The translations under genes were made by a program, and so were the position numbers. The notes beneath the pieces are model-generated. The model was not told the DNA's origin. It worked only from the letters and a program-made list of their open reading frames with translations, and did not search any database. Source: Octopus vulgaris (lineage: Eukaryota). Taken from it: 64,000 nt of DNA. Positions 50,632 through 63,262 of this stretch are shown here, piece after piece. Where the stretch lies: assembly GCA_951406725.2 (NCBI GenBank), contig OX597840.1, positions 14,260,001 through 14,324,000 of the forward strand, given 5' to 3'. Within the stretch, counting starts at the first letter, position 1. Every line of letters starts with the position of its first letter.

Positions 50632-52767
50632 TTAGATTGTCTGGAAAGTTCTGAGCAATTTTAATATGCAAAATAAATATATAAATAAGTGACTTTACAA
50701 TAAATTTTATTCATTGAAATAATTTCATTCTTATTAATGACCTTTGCCTATCTATCTGGCAATTTAAATATACAATCAGCATAAAATTTGACTGGTTTTG
50801 AAGAAAAATAGTTATCTACATGCATTTTGAATCCAGTTGTTAAATGTTTTTCTTTGCTATGAGTTCTGTAGATACAAAAACAAGTGATAGTCAGATGGTG
50901 CAATATCAGGAGAATGTGGTGGATGGGGTAAGAGATCCCAACCAAGTTCATGTTACTTTGTTTGGGTAGCCAAAGACACATGGGGTCAGGCATTGTCTTG
51001 TTGGAACATTACCCCTTTCCTGCTGGCAATCTCTGGCCTCAATTCTTTGATCTTTTGGTTCATATTAGCCAGCTGATGACAGTACACATCAGAATTAATG
51101 TTCTAGTTTTGTGGGAGAAGCTCATAATAAATAATGCTTTTATGATCTCATGAAGCACAAAGCATAGCTTTTTTGGCATGGATATTTGTCTTTGGTTGCT
51201 GTTTTGGGGGAGTTTTATGCAAACTCCAGGATCTTTTTCACACTACATTTTCATACACAATCCATTTTTCATTTCCAGTCACAATTTGTTTCAGAAAAAG
51301 GCATGTTTACATTTTGTTTCAAAAGCATATTACAGACGGAATACCGGTCCAAGAAATTATTTTCTTAGAGTTTGTGAGGGACCTATACATTATAGTGAGA
51401 AATATATCCTAGCTTCACTAGGTGTTCATAAGCCATACCTTTAGAAAATTCCGACTCCTCTGCAAGTTCTCTAGTTATGATATTTGAGTTTTCTTCGATT
51501 TTTGCCTTCAAAATATCTTCGTCCAAAGTTGAAGGTCTTCCACTGTGACTGTCATCTTCCAAGCTAAACTCTCCAGCTTCAAATTAAGCAAACCACTCAC
51601 AAATGTTTTTGCAAGTCTTTGCAACATTTTCTCCTTTTTTAAAAAAAAAAAGAAAAGCATTACAATGCAAATATGAAACATTTGGTTCTCCATTTCAAAT
51701 GTCAATAAAGAGTAACCAGAATTAAAGATAAATCTATTTTTAGTCAGGAACAAAGAAGAGATGTACAACCACTTCAAGTAATGCTGAAGTTTACATGTGT
51801 TACATTTTCAGGTTTGTTCAATAGAGCATTAACCCTTTCGTTACCAAACCGCCCGAAAAAAATTTTGGTTAATGTGACCAAAGCCACCCGAATTTACCTA
51901 TTCATATTTAAATGAGAATATCGGAGCAAATCTCTTTAGTACATTCATGAAAATACGTATTATACTTCGTAAAGAGTTCAACTACAGTTTTGTACAAAAA
52001 TCGAAGTGTAATTTTAATTCCGTGAATTTTGGGAGATTTTTTTCTGAAATTTGTTCCTATTGTGTTTTCAAAATTTGTAATTCTGACAAAAAATGGATAC
52101 GAATTTCATTATATCAAGCAGCAAGTCAGAATTCGAAGAACTCTATGACTGGAAAAAAAAAGCATGTGGTATTTGATAATGAATCTGATGTTTCATTTTC
52201 CGAAAGTGAAAACAGTGAATCCGAGAGCTCCGACAGCGATAAAGAAAATGAATTGGCACCTGAATGGAGTGAAAATTTAAAAACTGTTTCTTTCGGGGAT
52301 ACTTAGTGGTTTCCCACAACCTTAAATGAAATTAAGACTATTTTGCCATAAATATTATTATGGGTATCAGAAAGTTACCCAGAATAACAAATTCTGTCGT
52401 AAAATTTTGTTGTATACCCAATTGAATATTAGCTAATAACCCATTTTCTATAGTGATATTTGAACAAAATTTTAATAATTTTATATTTTGTTGAATTTAC
52501 CTGTATCTACGTGCAATTAGAGTCACTTTGTGACAAAAATTATAGTATAGAATTGGTTGAGAACATTTCATTAAATTATCTTCCAAAATTCACGTTAATA
52601 TATTGATAAATAAAAAAGTTAAAGTTGTTTAATGAAACCAGACTAAATTTATGATTATGTTAGAAATTAATTGAAACACATAAGGGGTGTATTTTGGTCA
52701 GAAATATAGTAACGAAAGGGTTAAAAGACTTAGCTTAAAAATGCTCAGAACTTTTTGTTCAACCTAA
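50632..52767 (-). mobile_element. Decayed mariner transposon hosting a piggyBac derivative
   Basis: TIRs TTAGATTGTCTGGAAAGTTCTGAGCAATTTTAA / TTAAAAATGCTCAGAACTTTTTGTTCAACCTAA|TA. Minus strand QDNA and GWDLLPHPPHSPDIAPSDYHLF. Confidence 0.85.
51833..52720 (+). mobile_element. Internally deleted piggyBac element
   Basis: TTAA|CCCTTTCGTTAC...GTAACGAAAGGG|TTAA with perfect 12-bp TIRs and TTAA TSDs. Acidic N-terminal remnant plus WFPTTLNEIK/FAINIIMGIRKLPRI piggyBac transposase motif. Confidence 0.9.
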
Positions 52768-52778
52768 TATGTATATAT

Positions 52779-52933
52779 ATAGGCGCAGGAGTGGCTGTGT
52801 GGTAAGTAGCTTGCTAACCAACCACATAGTTCCGGGTTCAGTCCCACTGCGTGGCATCTTCTGCTATAGCTCCGGGCCGACCAATGCCTTGTGAGTGGAT
52901 TCGGTAGACGGAAACTGAAAGAAGCCTGTCGTA

Positions 52934-52978
<45 letters not shown>

Positions 52979-53189
52979 GTGTGTGTGTGTGTTTGTCCCC
53001 CTAGCATTGTTTGACAACCAATGCTGGTGTGTTTACGTCCCCGTCACCTAGCGGTTCGGCAAAAGAGACCGATAGAATAAGCACTGGGTTTACAAAGAAT
53101 AAGTCCTGTGGTCGATTTGCTCGACTAAAGGCGGTGCTCCAGCATGGCCACAGTCAAAATGACTGAAACAAGTAAAAGAGTAAAAGAGT
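52779..53189 (+). mobile_element. SINE family A, young (CpG-retaining); further plus copies at 54701-55102, 59896-60282, 61958-62332
   Basis: ATAGGCGCAGGAGTGGCTGTGTGG head through the (GTAAAAGA)n tail. Confidence 0.9.
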
Positions 53190-55551
53190 ATATATATATA
53201 TATATATATATATAGACAAGTACACACAGATATACATACATAAGCATGTGTATGCACACACACACACACAAACACACATATTATCTGGCCTTAGAAAATC
53301 TGCCTCAAATATACTCTATCCATTTCATGGATGCAAGAAAAAGTCGATGTTAAATAATGATGATGATGATGATGACAATTATGTAATCTAATAATAGATG
53401 TATATTATATAATATTATGATAGATATATATATATATATCATATAATACTATAAAAGATATATATCATAATAGGTTTACCTATACTATAATGGAGAAAGC
53501 TGCTTAGAAATTAATTGGAATTATGTAACCTTACTATAAGAAGGCAATTGCTAAATTTTCCATTGACTAGGAAATTTTTTTTAAATTTCATGTTTTAATA
53601 TATTTTTATCAGAATGGGGTTTTGTGGTTCTTTTCAACTAAACAATTTTAATTTGATGTTGGCATTTTATAAAATTTTAAGCTGCCTCACTACTCTCTCT
53701 CTCTCTCCCCCCCCTCTCTCTCTCTCTCTCTCTTTTTCTTTCTCTTCTTATATATTTCTAAGAGTTAACTACTTAGCTAAAATCTTCCCCATTCATGTTA
53801 TTGTAGTTCATACGATGAACAGGAACTGAAGGAAAAAGCAAAAAAATCATTTCCCATCGCTGCACATCTGTAGCTGTGTGTTTATATAGGTTAAATTTAA
53901 TATTAATATTAGGGTTTAGTATTAATATTAATACAGTTTAGTATTAATATTTCAGTACAAATATATAAGTTGACAAAAAAGGAATAAGTTAGAACCAATC
54001 TTTTATTTTTTATCTCTTGCTTGTTTCAGTCATCAGAGCATGGCCATGCTGGGGCACTGCTTTGAAGGATCTTTAATCAGCTGCATTGACCCCAGTATGT
54101 ACTTTTTGAAAGCCTGGTGCTTATTTTATTAGTCATCTTTTGCTGATTTGCTAAGTTATTGGGATGTAAACACACCTACACCAGTTGTCAAGTGGTAGTG
54201 GTGGTGGGAGGGAACAGACACAGACACACACATGCACACTCACACACACTTGTATATATACACACACGCAAACACATAAGTATACACACACACAGATATG
54301 TATGTTTCTTTTAGTTTCTGTCTACCAAATCCACTCACAAGGCTTTAGTTGGCCCGAGGTTATAGTAGAAGACACTTGTCAAAGGTATCAAACAGTGGGA
54401 CTGAACCTGGAACCATGTAGTTAAGAAGCAAGCTTCTCACCACTCAGCCGCTAATATGATTTTATTCCAGTACATTTCCCCAACTTGTTCATGATACCAT
54501 TAAAAAACACTTTGAGCATCAGAGATTTTGGGTTTTAATTATTTTAAAATAACATTTTTTTTAATAACAAACAAGCAATCAAAATATATATTATACAAAA
54601 CGAACAATATCAATATTTATACATTTTAAATGAAAATGAAATATATCTATATGCAGAACAAAATATAATCTTACGCAATGGTTATGCAAAAACCATACTG
54701 ATAGGTGCAGGACTGGCTGTGTGGTAAGTAGCCTATTTACCAACCACATGGTTCCGGGTTCAGTCCCTCTGCGTGGCACCTTGGGCAAGTGTCTTCTACT
54801 ATAGCCTCGAGCTGACCAAAGCCTTGTGAGTGGATTTGGTAGACAGAAACTGAAAGAAGCCCGTCGTATATATATATGTCTGTGTGTCTTTGTGTGTCCG
54901 TATTTGTACCCCCACCATTGCTTGACAACTGATGTTGGTGTGTTTATATCCCTGTAACTTAGCAGTTCGGCAAAAGAGACCACTAGAACAAGTACTAGGC
55001 TTACAAAGAATAAGTCTTGGGGTCAATTTGTTTGACTAAAGGTGATGCTCCAGAATGGCTGCAGTCAAATGACTGAAACAAGTAAAAGAATAAAAAAATA
55101 AAAGCCTTTCAGTGCATCTTCTTCAAAAGGGGACTCACAAAAAACCCCACTTCATCTGTCAGAAAGCCAACAAATACTTGGGGAAGGATTTGGTGGGGTA
55201 ATATGAAATTGATTTAAAATTACAGCTAGCTCCTTCCTGGTGTAAATGCAGTTTCAAGCTACCAGCAAATGAGCTGAAATGGGAGTTAAGGATCTGAAGT
55301 CATTATAGTGTAATAATTTAAAAAAACAAAACAAATGTCAACGGTAAATTTGTTAGTATGATATTGTAATAGAAATATAATATTATAAACTGTGCAGTAA
55401 TTGGCTGAAGTAGAAGAGTGACAGATTGAATGCTATGTGGTATTTAGCTTTATTAGTTTATGTTCTGAGTTCAAATCTTGCCAAGGTCAGCGTTGCCTTT
55501 CAATGTTCTGAGGTTGATGAAATAAAGGACCAGTCAAGTAGAGGGGTTGAA

Positions 55552-55774
55552 TTAATCCTTTGGTATTCGGATTATTCAATCAAATGTAATTCTTATTTAT
55601 TTACATTGTTTTGAATTAATCATGCGTTATCTTGTAGCTTTGAGATTTCGATGTTGTGATTGTCTATTTTCGGAATGACATTTTAGTGTCGCAGCTAGAG
55701 GCCAGATAATCAATAGTTTGGACAAAAAACAATGTTTTTGCTGGATATGACTGGTTTAAACATTAAAGGGTTAA
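55552..55774. mobile_element. piggyBac-type MITE inserted in an old SINE B
   Basis: TTAA|TCCTTTGGT...ATTAAAGGG|TTAA; same family as 16242-16466. Confidence 0.7.
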
Positions 55775-56265
55775 ATCAGTTACAACTCCCTGCCTCTCCT
55801 TAAATTTATGGCCTTATGTTCATGTAAGAAATCATTAATAGATTGATGGAATCGTTAGTGCATTCGATAGAATGCTTACTTATTGTACTTTATGTTCCGA
55901 GTTCAAATCTTACCAAGGTTGACTTCGTCTTTCATCCTTTGATAAAATAAAGTGCCAGTCCGTTACTGGGATCAATATAATATTCTGTTCCCTTTCCCCA
56001 AATTTGTGGCCCTTATATTAGTGTAAGAAATTAGGATGATGGATTAAGCAGAATTGTTCGAGCATTAGATTAAATACCTGGTGGTATTTATGCTAACTCT
56101 TTATTTTCTGAGTTCAAATCCTGCTAAAACCAGCTTTGTCTGTCATCCATGTGGAGTCAATAAAATAAAACATCTGTCAAATACTGGAGAGGATTCTATT
56201 GACTAATGCTCACCTCTAAAAAATTGTTGGTGTTGCTGTTGTCATCAAAGATTGATTGTGTAGAG

Positions 56266-56949
56266 TAATAGTTCTCAACAGGTGTCCAGATGACCCTTGG
56301 GGGTCCAGCTGGCACCTAGGATTCCAGATGGCTCCTGGGGATCCGTATAAGATTTTGTTGTTAGAATTTATCTGCAATAAATTGCTTATACTTGTACAAT
56401 TTTTTCAACAATTTTTTTTCTACAATTCCTAATAATATCTAATCATAAAAATATAATAGTATTTTTTTTTTCAAATGTGGAGGTGCAATAGCCCAGTGGT
56501 TAGGGCAGCAGACTCGTGGTTATGGGATTGCGGTTTCGATTCCCAGATCGGGTGTTGTGAGTGTTTAATTGAGTGAAAACACCTAAAGCTCCACAAGGCT
56601 CCAGCAGGGGATAGTGGCAAACCCTGCTGTACTCTTTCACCACAACTTTGTCTCACTCTTTCTTTCTGTTTCTGTTGTACCTGTATTTCAAAGAGCCAAC
56701 CTCATTACACTCTGTCATGCTGAATCTCCCTGAGAACTATGTTAAGGGTACATGTGTCTGTGGAGTGCTCAACCACTTGCACGTTAATTTCATGGGCAGG
56801 CTGTTCTGTTGATTGTATCAACTGGAACCCTTGTTGTCGTAACCAACAGAGTGCCACAATTTTTTAAAATGTCGAATGTCTAGGAGGGTTCAACTGGGCA
56901 AAATAAAAATCAAAGAGATCCATAGGTGGAAGTTGGTTGAGAAGCATTG
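56266..56949. mobile_element. hAT-type MITE with 8-bp TSD, carrying a nested SINE (56478-56856)
   Basis: GTGTAGAG|TAATAGTTCTCAAC...GTTGAGAAGCATTG|GTGTAAAG. Confidence 0.75.
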
Positions 56950-57045
56950 GTGTAAAGAATGTGCTGTGTGGTTTGTGTTATAATAGTAGGGGCAAATTTT
57001 GTAGGCTGTATGTCATGTGTTGTGCAGAATGCTATATGTATTGTA

Positions 57046-58163
57046 TTAGGTTGTTCCGAAAATAATGGCCGATTTCAGAAACATAATTTTATTCTGGAAA
57101 AATCTTTGAAAGCTGACTCCACTTCTGGTTTGGACCTGGAAGTTTTATCACCTAAAAGTGTGTTTAAATGCTTTAAAAAATGGTAATCAATCGGTGAAAG
57201 ATCAGGAGAATATGGAGGATGTGGTAAAGTCTCGTATCCCAAGTCTGTGAGTTTCTGCAGCATCATTCTTGCAACATGTGGCTTTGCATTATCATGGAGC
57301 AGAATTGGGCCATGCCAATTCACCAATGCAGGTCTCATTTTTTGCAAGTGAGCATGCATTTCAGTGAGTTGATTGGGGTAAACCTTTGCTGTAATGCTCT
57401 GATTGGCTTCCAGAAAGCTGTAATGAACAACACCAATTGCAGACCACCAGACAGTCACCATAATCTTTTGCTAATGCAAATTTGGCTTTGGGAGATGTTT
57501 GGGGGACGATCAAGCCATTGACCTGTTCATTTATGGTTATCATAAAGGACCCACTTTTCATCACAAGTGACTATTCAGTCAAGAAAAGGATCATTGGTGT
57601 TTCACAGAAAGAACATCGGGCATACTTCAAAATGCTGAACTTTTTGATCTTCATTGAGCTCATGCAGTACCCATTTATTGAGCTTTTTCACCTTACCAAT
57701 CTTCTGCAGATTGTGTGAGACTGTTGCAATACCGACACCAAGTGCCTGAGACACTTCTCTGGACACTTTGATGTGGGTTTTTTACAACAATTGCTTTCAA
57801 TTGTTCATTGTCAAGATTGCATGACCATTCTCTACGTTCTTCATCTTCAAGGCTTTCATCACCACTTCAGAATTTCTGAAACCACCTTCGTACTGTGCTA
57901 TCACTTGTGGACCCTTCTCCCCATGCTTTGTTGATATTGGCAGCAGTTTGGGAGGCATTGTGCCCAAGTTTGAACTCATGCAAGAAGTGTAAGTGTCATG
58001 TTCATAATTAAGGGTGTCTATGCTCCAAGAATGTTTTCTGTCTGACATAAGTCGAAAATTATTAAAGTGCATATATCAGTTATTAGGTAAGTCGAAATTC
58101 ACTTAAAATATAATTAAATTACTATGATAAAATTGAGCGGCCATTATTTTCGGAACAACCTAA
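57046..58163 (-). mobile_element. Mariner (Hsmar1/cecropia-like) with perfect TIRs and a broken transposase
   Basis: TA|TTAGGTTGTTCCGAAAATAATGGCCG...CGGCCATTATTTTCGGAACAACCTAA|TA. Minus strand MVTVWWSAIGVVHYSFL..ILLHDNAKPHVA..LGYETLPHPPYSPDLSPIDYHFLKHL. Confidence 0.95.
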
Positions 58164-60305
58164 TAGTACAGAGAGATAACAGGGTAAGGCCGTAGTAGGA
58201 TGGTGAGATGGGGTGCTATGCTAAGAGAAGTAAAGCTAAGTTAGGAGGAATGAACAAGTAGAGAGGAAATGATACTCGAGAAGCAGCAATCAGTAATGGG
58301 GAAACCCAAAACTAAGAATGGAAGATGACAGAATTGAACAACGAAGAAAAAAAACAACAGAAAATGTAGAAAAATGGCAAAATTAAAAATTCAGAAATTA
58401 AAAATGAAAAGCTGACGAAAAGCTGAGGTAGTGTGAAAGGTTTTCATATATTACATGAACAGTGAAGAGTGAGGAGGTCTTTGGAAATCCCCGTTTGAAA
58501 ATCCCAGAAAGTTATGTTTTTTTTAATTCAAATATTCATAAGTTCAAAAGTTCTGACAGTTTTTTCAGAGGTAAGTAGGCAGATAGATAGATAGGTAGAT
58601 AGATAGATAGATATATCTTATGCTATATGTATTGTATCTAAGCAGTGTCTAGTCGAGCTACTTTTTAGATTGTGTGTAAATTTGTAAACCCTGCTATAAT
58701 TATTATAGTTTGTGTTGCTTTGTATCCAGCCTTATACTTAATTATTGAGACTGCTTGGTTCAGAAATGTGTTGTTGTTGTTTCCATTGACAATGTTTCTC
58801 AGAAGGCATCTGTTTCGGATGAGATGTCACGGAAGCAACTTAAAGCAAAAATATTCTGCTCCAGTAGAACTAGTATTGGAAATTTTGCCTAAGTTACCTG
58901 ATTAACTAAATGAAAGGATTCCTTCTATTTCGGCTGACTTCAAGAGAAAGACAAACTGAAGAATTTTCCATTTAGAAGGGGAAGAAGAAGAAGAAGAAGC
59001 AGCAGCAGCTAGCAAATCGTGCCATACTTGAAACAGTTATATTGACAGAAGAAAATAGAAAAAAGATTGCAGAATTTGATTTGTTTTTATGTACTCACTC
59101 CATTTTTATCTCTCTTACTTTCTTTTACCGTTTCTTTCACCATTCATACCTGCCTGTACTTCTCTTTTCCCAATATCTCTTTTATTGTCTCTTTATCTCT
59201 TCCCCCCCTCTTATCTCTTATGGCAGTCTCACTTTCAACTTTTGTATTTCTTTTATATACAAATACATGTGTGTATAGAACATATGCATATATGTAGATA
59301 TGTGTATGTCTGTTTTATGTATACACTACATATAGACTCGGGTATGGCTGTGTGCTTAACAAATCCACATAGCATCTACTGAAGCCCTAAGTTCAGTTGC
59401 ATAACACCTTGGGCAAGTAGCTTTTACTGTAGACTTGGTTTTGCAAATACCTTGGGAGTGGAATTTGGTTGATGGAAACTGAGAAGCTTCTTGTAAGTCT
59501 ACTCAAACACACCTGTGAAACTATCTTATATTTCAATCTATTACTTTTACCTGTGTTGTAACTGGAATTCGTGCATCAGCAGATTTAAAATTTTCTTCAA
59601 GGTTTCAATTTGAAAGTGAAGACAGCCAGGAGTCTGGGGCGTGAGTACTACATTGGAAAGACTGATGTTCTACTCTTTCAGGACCTATACTACATATGCA
59701 AATATATATACAGGCATAGCTGTGTGGTTAAGAAACTCGCTTACCAACTACTTGGTTCTGGGTTCAGTCCCACTGCATCGCACCTTGGGCAAGTGTCTTC
59801 TACTATAACCCTGGGCCAACCAAAGCCTTGTGAGTGGATTTAGTTGATGAAAACTGAAAGAAATTTGTCACACACACTCACACACAAATATATATCACAG
59901 GAGTGGCTGTGTGGTAAGTAGCTTGCTTACCAACCACATGGTTCTGGGTTCAGTCCCACTGTGTGGCACCTTGAGCAAGTGTCTTCTACTATAGCCTCGG
60001 GCCAACCAAAGACTTGTGAGTGGATTTGGTAGATGGAAACTGAAAGAAGCCTGTCATATATCTGTATATGTATATATATGTGTGTCTGTGATTTGTCCCC
60101 CCACCCCGTTACTTGACAACCGATGGTGGTGTGTTTACGCCCCCATAACTAAGCGGTTTGGCAAAAGAGACAGATAGAATAAGTACTAGGCTTACAAAGA
60201 ATAAATCCTGGGGTTGATTTCCTCGACTAAAGGCGGTGCTCCGGCATTGCCACAGTCAAATGACTGAAACAAGTAAAAGAGATAATATATATATACACAC
60301 ACACA

Positions 60306-60526
60306 CAGGGTTGGCCAAAAGTCACCTGACAGTAAATCAAAACCATTTAATTCCAAGATTTATTTAGGTTTAAGAACTGAATGAATTTAATAAAAGCATC
60401 TAAATTTGAAACATCATGGAAATTGTTCAAACTGAAATCCATCTTGAGCAACACCATTTTTCCATTCGAGTCAGATAGTATTTATGGAGTTTTGATTTAC
60501 TGTTAGGCGACTTTTGGTCAGCCCTA
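60306..60526. mobile_element. Tc1/mariner-type MITE
   Basis: CAGGGTTGGCCAAAAGTCACCTGACAGTAAATCAAAAC / GTTTTGATTTACTGTTAGGCGACTTTTGGTCAGCCCTA. Confidence 0.8.
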
Positions 60527-60528
60527 TC

Positions 60529-60729
60529 TTATGAAGTTCATTATCTTACAGCCCTTTTCTGCTAAAAGATGCAGTAGACTCATAGTTGAGTGCTTGAGTA
60601 ACACCTTATAGCTTCAGTGAAGCCTTCAATTCAAGGCTCCAATGAAGCTATAAGGTGTTACTCAAGCTCTCAACTATGAATCCACTGCATCTTTTAGCAG
60701 AAACATCTGTAAGCTAATGAATGTCATAA
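60529..60729. repeat. Foldback palindrome, ~97-bp arms, ~6-nt loop
   Basis: TTTCTGCTAAAAGATGCAGT..GCTTGAGTAACACCTTATAGCTTCA..AGCCTT / AAGGCT..TGAAGCTATAAGGTGTTACTCAAGC..ACTGCATCTTTTAGCAGAAA. Confidence 0.92.
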
Positions 60730-62532
60730 CAAAAGTGTTTATTCTTTTGTCTTCTCCTTTTCTTCTTACTGCTTTATACTTGTCTAATATTTCATTCTGA
60801 AGCATACTTGTATTGAGTTCTACACCTGGTTATTAGTCTCACAATGCCTAAGTGAAATAAGGAGTGGCTGTGTGGTAAGCAGTTTGCTTACCAACCACAT
60901 GATTCTGGGTTTGGACCCACTGCGTGGCACCTTAATTAATTGATGGCAGGAAGGGTGTACAACCTCGGAAAATCTGTCTCTATAAATCAATAACTAAATA
61001 GATTGATAAATAAATAAATAACCTGACATCCATGTACGTTTCTAGTGCTTGTGTGTAAGTGGGAAGTCAACCATGCTAACAGAACCTTTATCAGAGGTTG
61101 TTCTTTAACTGGATGTGAGCTTTGAAAAAAAAAAAAAAAAGCAACCATTTCAAATTATATGCGAAATGGTGAGATGAAATGAAAAATGTCTGCTTTAGCT
61201 AGAATCAAGTATAGTTGTAGAATTCTTTACAAAGAGAGATCAAAATTTCAAAGTTAGTCTTTAAAAGAATATTATTGGAAGAACTTCAGTAATGAAGATT
61301 CTGTGTCAATGCCGAAAAAATAGTTTTTATGAAAAACAAGAAAATATTTCATGTCTGAAAGGAATTTTAAAGAATTCAAAGGGAAAATACAGGAATGTTT
61401 TCTATCTTTGAATATCGGTACTTGAGAATGATTTCTACTAAAATCTATTTAGTACGTGTAAACTAGAAGATTGGCCCTACATATTGAAATATGTCATGAG
61501 GCTGTGCAGTAAGAAGCTTGCTTCCTCATGTGCCCATGATGTTTTCATGAAAGATTGGAAGTGAAGGACACTGATGCTTGATTGACAATGACACTCTTTT
61601 ACAACAATCACACACACACTATGGGCTTCTTTCAGTTTCTGTCTATTAAATCCATTTGGTCCTGGCCTATAGGAGAAGACACTTGCCCAAGGTATCTTGC
61701 AGTGGGTCTAAAATCAAAACCATGTGGTGCAGAAATTCACTTGTTAACCAAAATGTATAGAGGTCTGACATAGATGTGTAATTCTGGAAGACATTTAAGT
61801 CACACATTTTGCTTCCAGATTTTTTTGGAATGCAGAAATATAATAAAGAAGCAACATGAAACATTTAAGATTCATTATACAATTATGTGAGAATCAGGAA
61901 TACAAAACTCACTCTCAGAATTGTCAGGACACTGAATTCTTCAAAAGTTATTTACTTCGCAGGAGTGGCTGTGTGGTAAGTAGCTTGCTTACCAACCACA
62001 TGGTTCTGGGTTCTGTCCCACTGTGTGCACCTTGGGCAAGTATCTTCTACTATAGCCACAGGCCGACAAAAGCCTTGTGAGTGGATTTGGTAGACAGAAA
62101 CTGAAAGAAGCCCGTCATATATATATGTATGTGTGTGTATATGTTTGTCTCCACAACATTGCTTGATCACCGATGCTGGTGTGTTTACGGCCCTGTAACT
62201 TAGCAGTTTGGCAAAAGAGACTGATAGAATAAGTACTAGGCTTACTAAGAATAAGTTCTGGGGTCGATTTCCTCGTCTAAAGGCGGTGCTCCAGCATGGC
62301 CACAGTCAAATGACTGAAACATGTAAAAGAGTCCCTAAAGTTGACCAACATTACTTAGGTACCCTTTCTTGTTGGTACATTTTAGTATTCATGTCTACCT
62401 GTGCCTACCCTATGTGTATGTTTGGACACCATTGCTGTTTTTCTTTGCTTGACTTCTTGCAGTTTTGTGTCTGCTCTTTCTCCATTTCTAGCAACTTGTT
62501 TTTCAACTGACCATTGGACACAATAAACTCAT

Positions 62533-62910
62533 TATCTTTTTCTACTCGAGGCACAAGGCCCGAAATTTTGTGGGAGGGAGCCAGTCAATTAGATCGACCC
62601 ATGTATGCAACTGGTACTTAATTTATTGACCCTGAGAAAATGAAAGGCAAAGTTGACCTCAGTGGGATTTGAACTCAGAACATAAAGACAGACAAAATAC
62701 CGCTAAGTATTTGGCCCAGTGTGCTAATGTGTTTGCCAGCTCACCGCCTTGGAAATCAATATTTTTTCCTACTCTAGGCACAAGGCCTGAAATTTTGGGG
62801 GAGGGGGCCAGTCGATTAGATTGACCCCAGTACGCAACTGGTACTATCAACCCTGACAGGATGAAAGACAAAATCAACCTTGGCAGAATTTGAACTCAGA
62901 ATGTAACGAC
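62533..62910 (-). mobile_element. Two adjacent SINE B copies (one full, one truncated)
   Basis: Reverse-complement head, core and tail at 62533-62750 and 62760-62910. Confidence 0.8.
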
Positions 62911-62938
62911 ACAATGAATTCATTATCATATTATTCCT

Positions 62939-63262
62939 GGGAACGTGTGTGGCTTAGTGGTTACTGTATCCACCTTATGATTGCATGGTCATGGGTTCAG
63001 TTTCCAGTGATGTGTTGTGTCCTTCAGCAAGACACTTTATTTCACATTGCTCCAGTTCACTCAGCTGGCAAAAATGAGTTGTACCTGTATTTCAAAGGGC
63101 CAATCACATCACACTCTGTGTCATGCTGAATCTCTCTGAGAACTACGTTAAGGGTACATGTGTCTGTGGAGTGCTCAACTACTTGCACATTGATTTCACG
63201 AGCAGGCTGTTCCGTTGATCAGATCAACTGGAGCCCTCATCATTGTAACTGATGGAGTGCCA
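62939..63262 (+). mobile_element. SINE family C, full length
   Basis: TGGCTTAGTGG A box, GGTTCAGTTTCC B box, TGTGTCCTTCAGCAAGACACTT core, GATGGAGTGCCA end. Confidence 0.82.
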
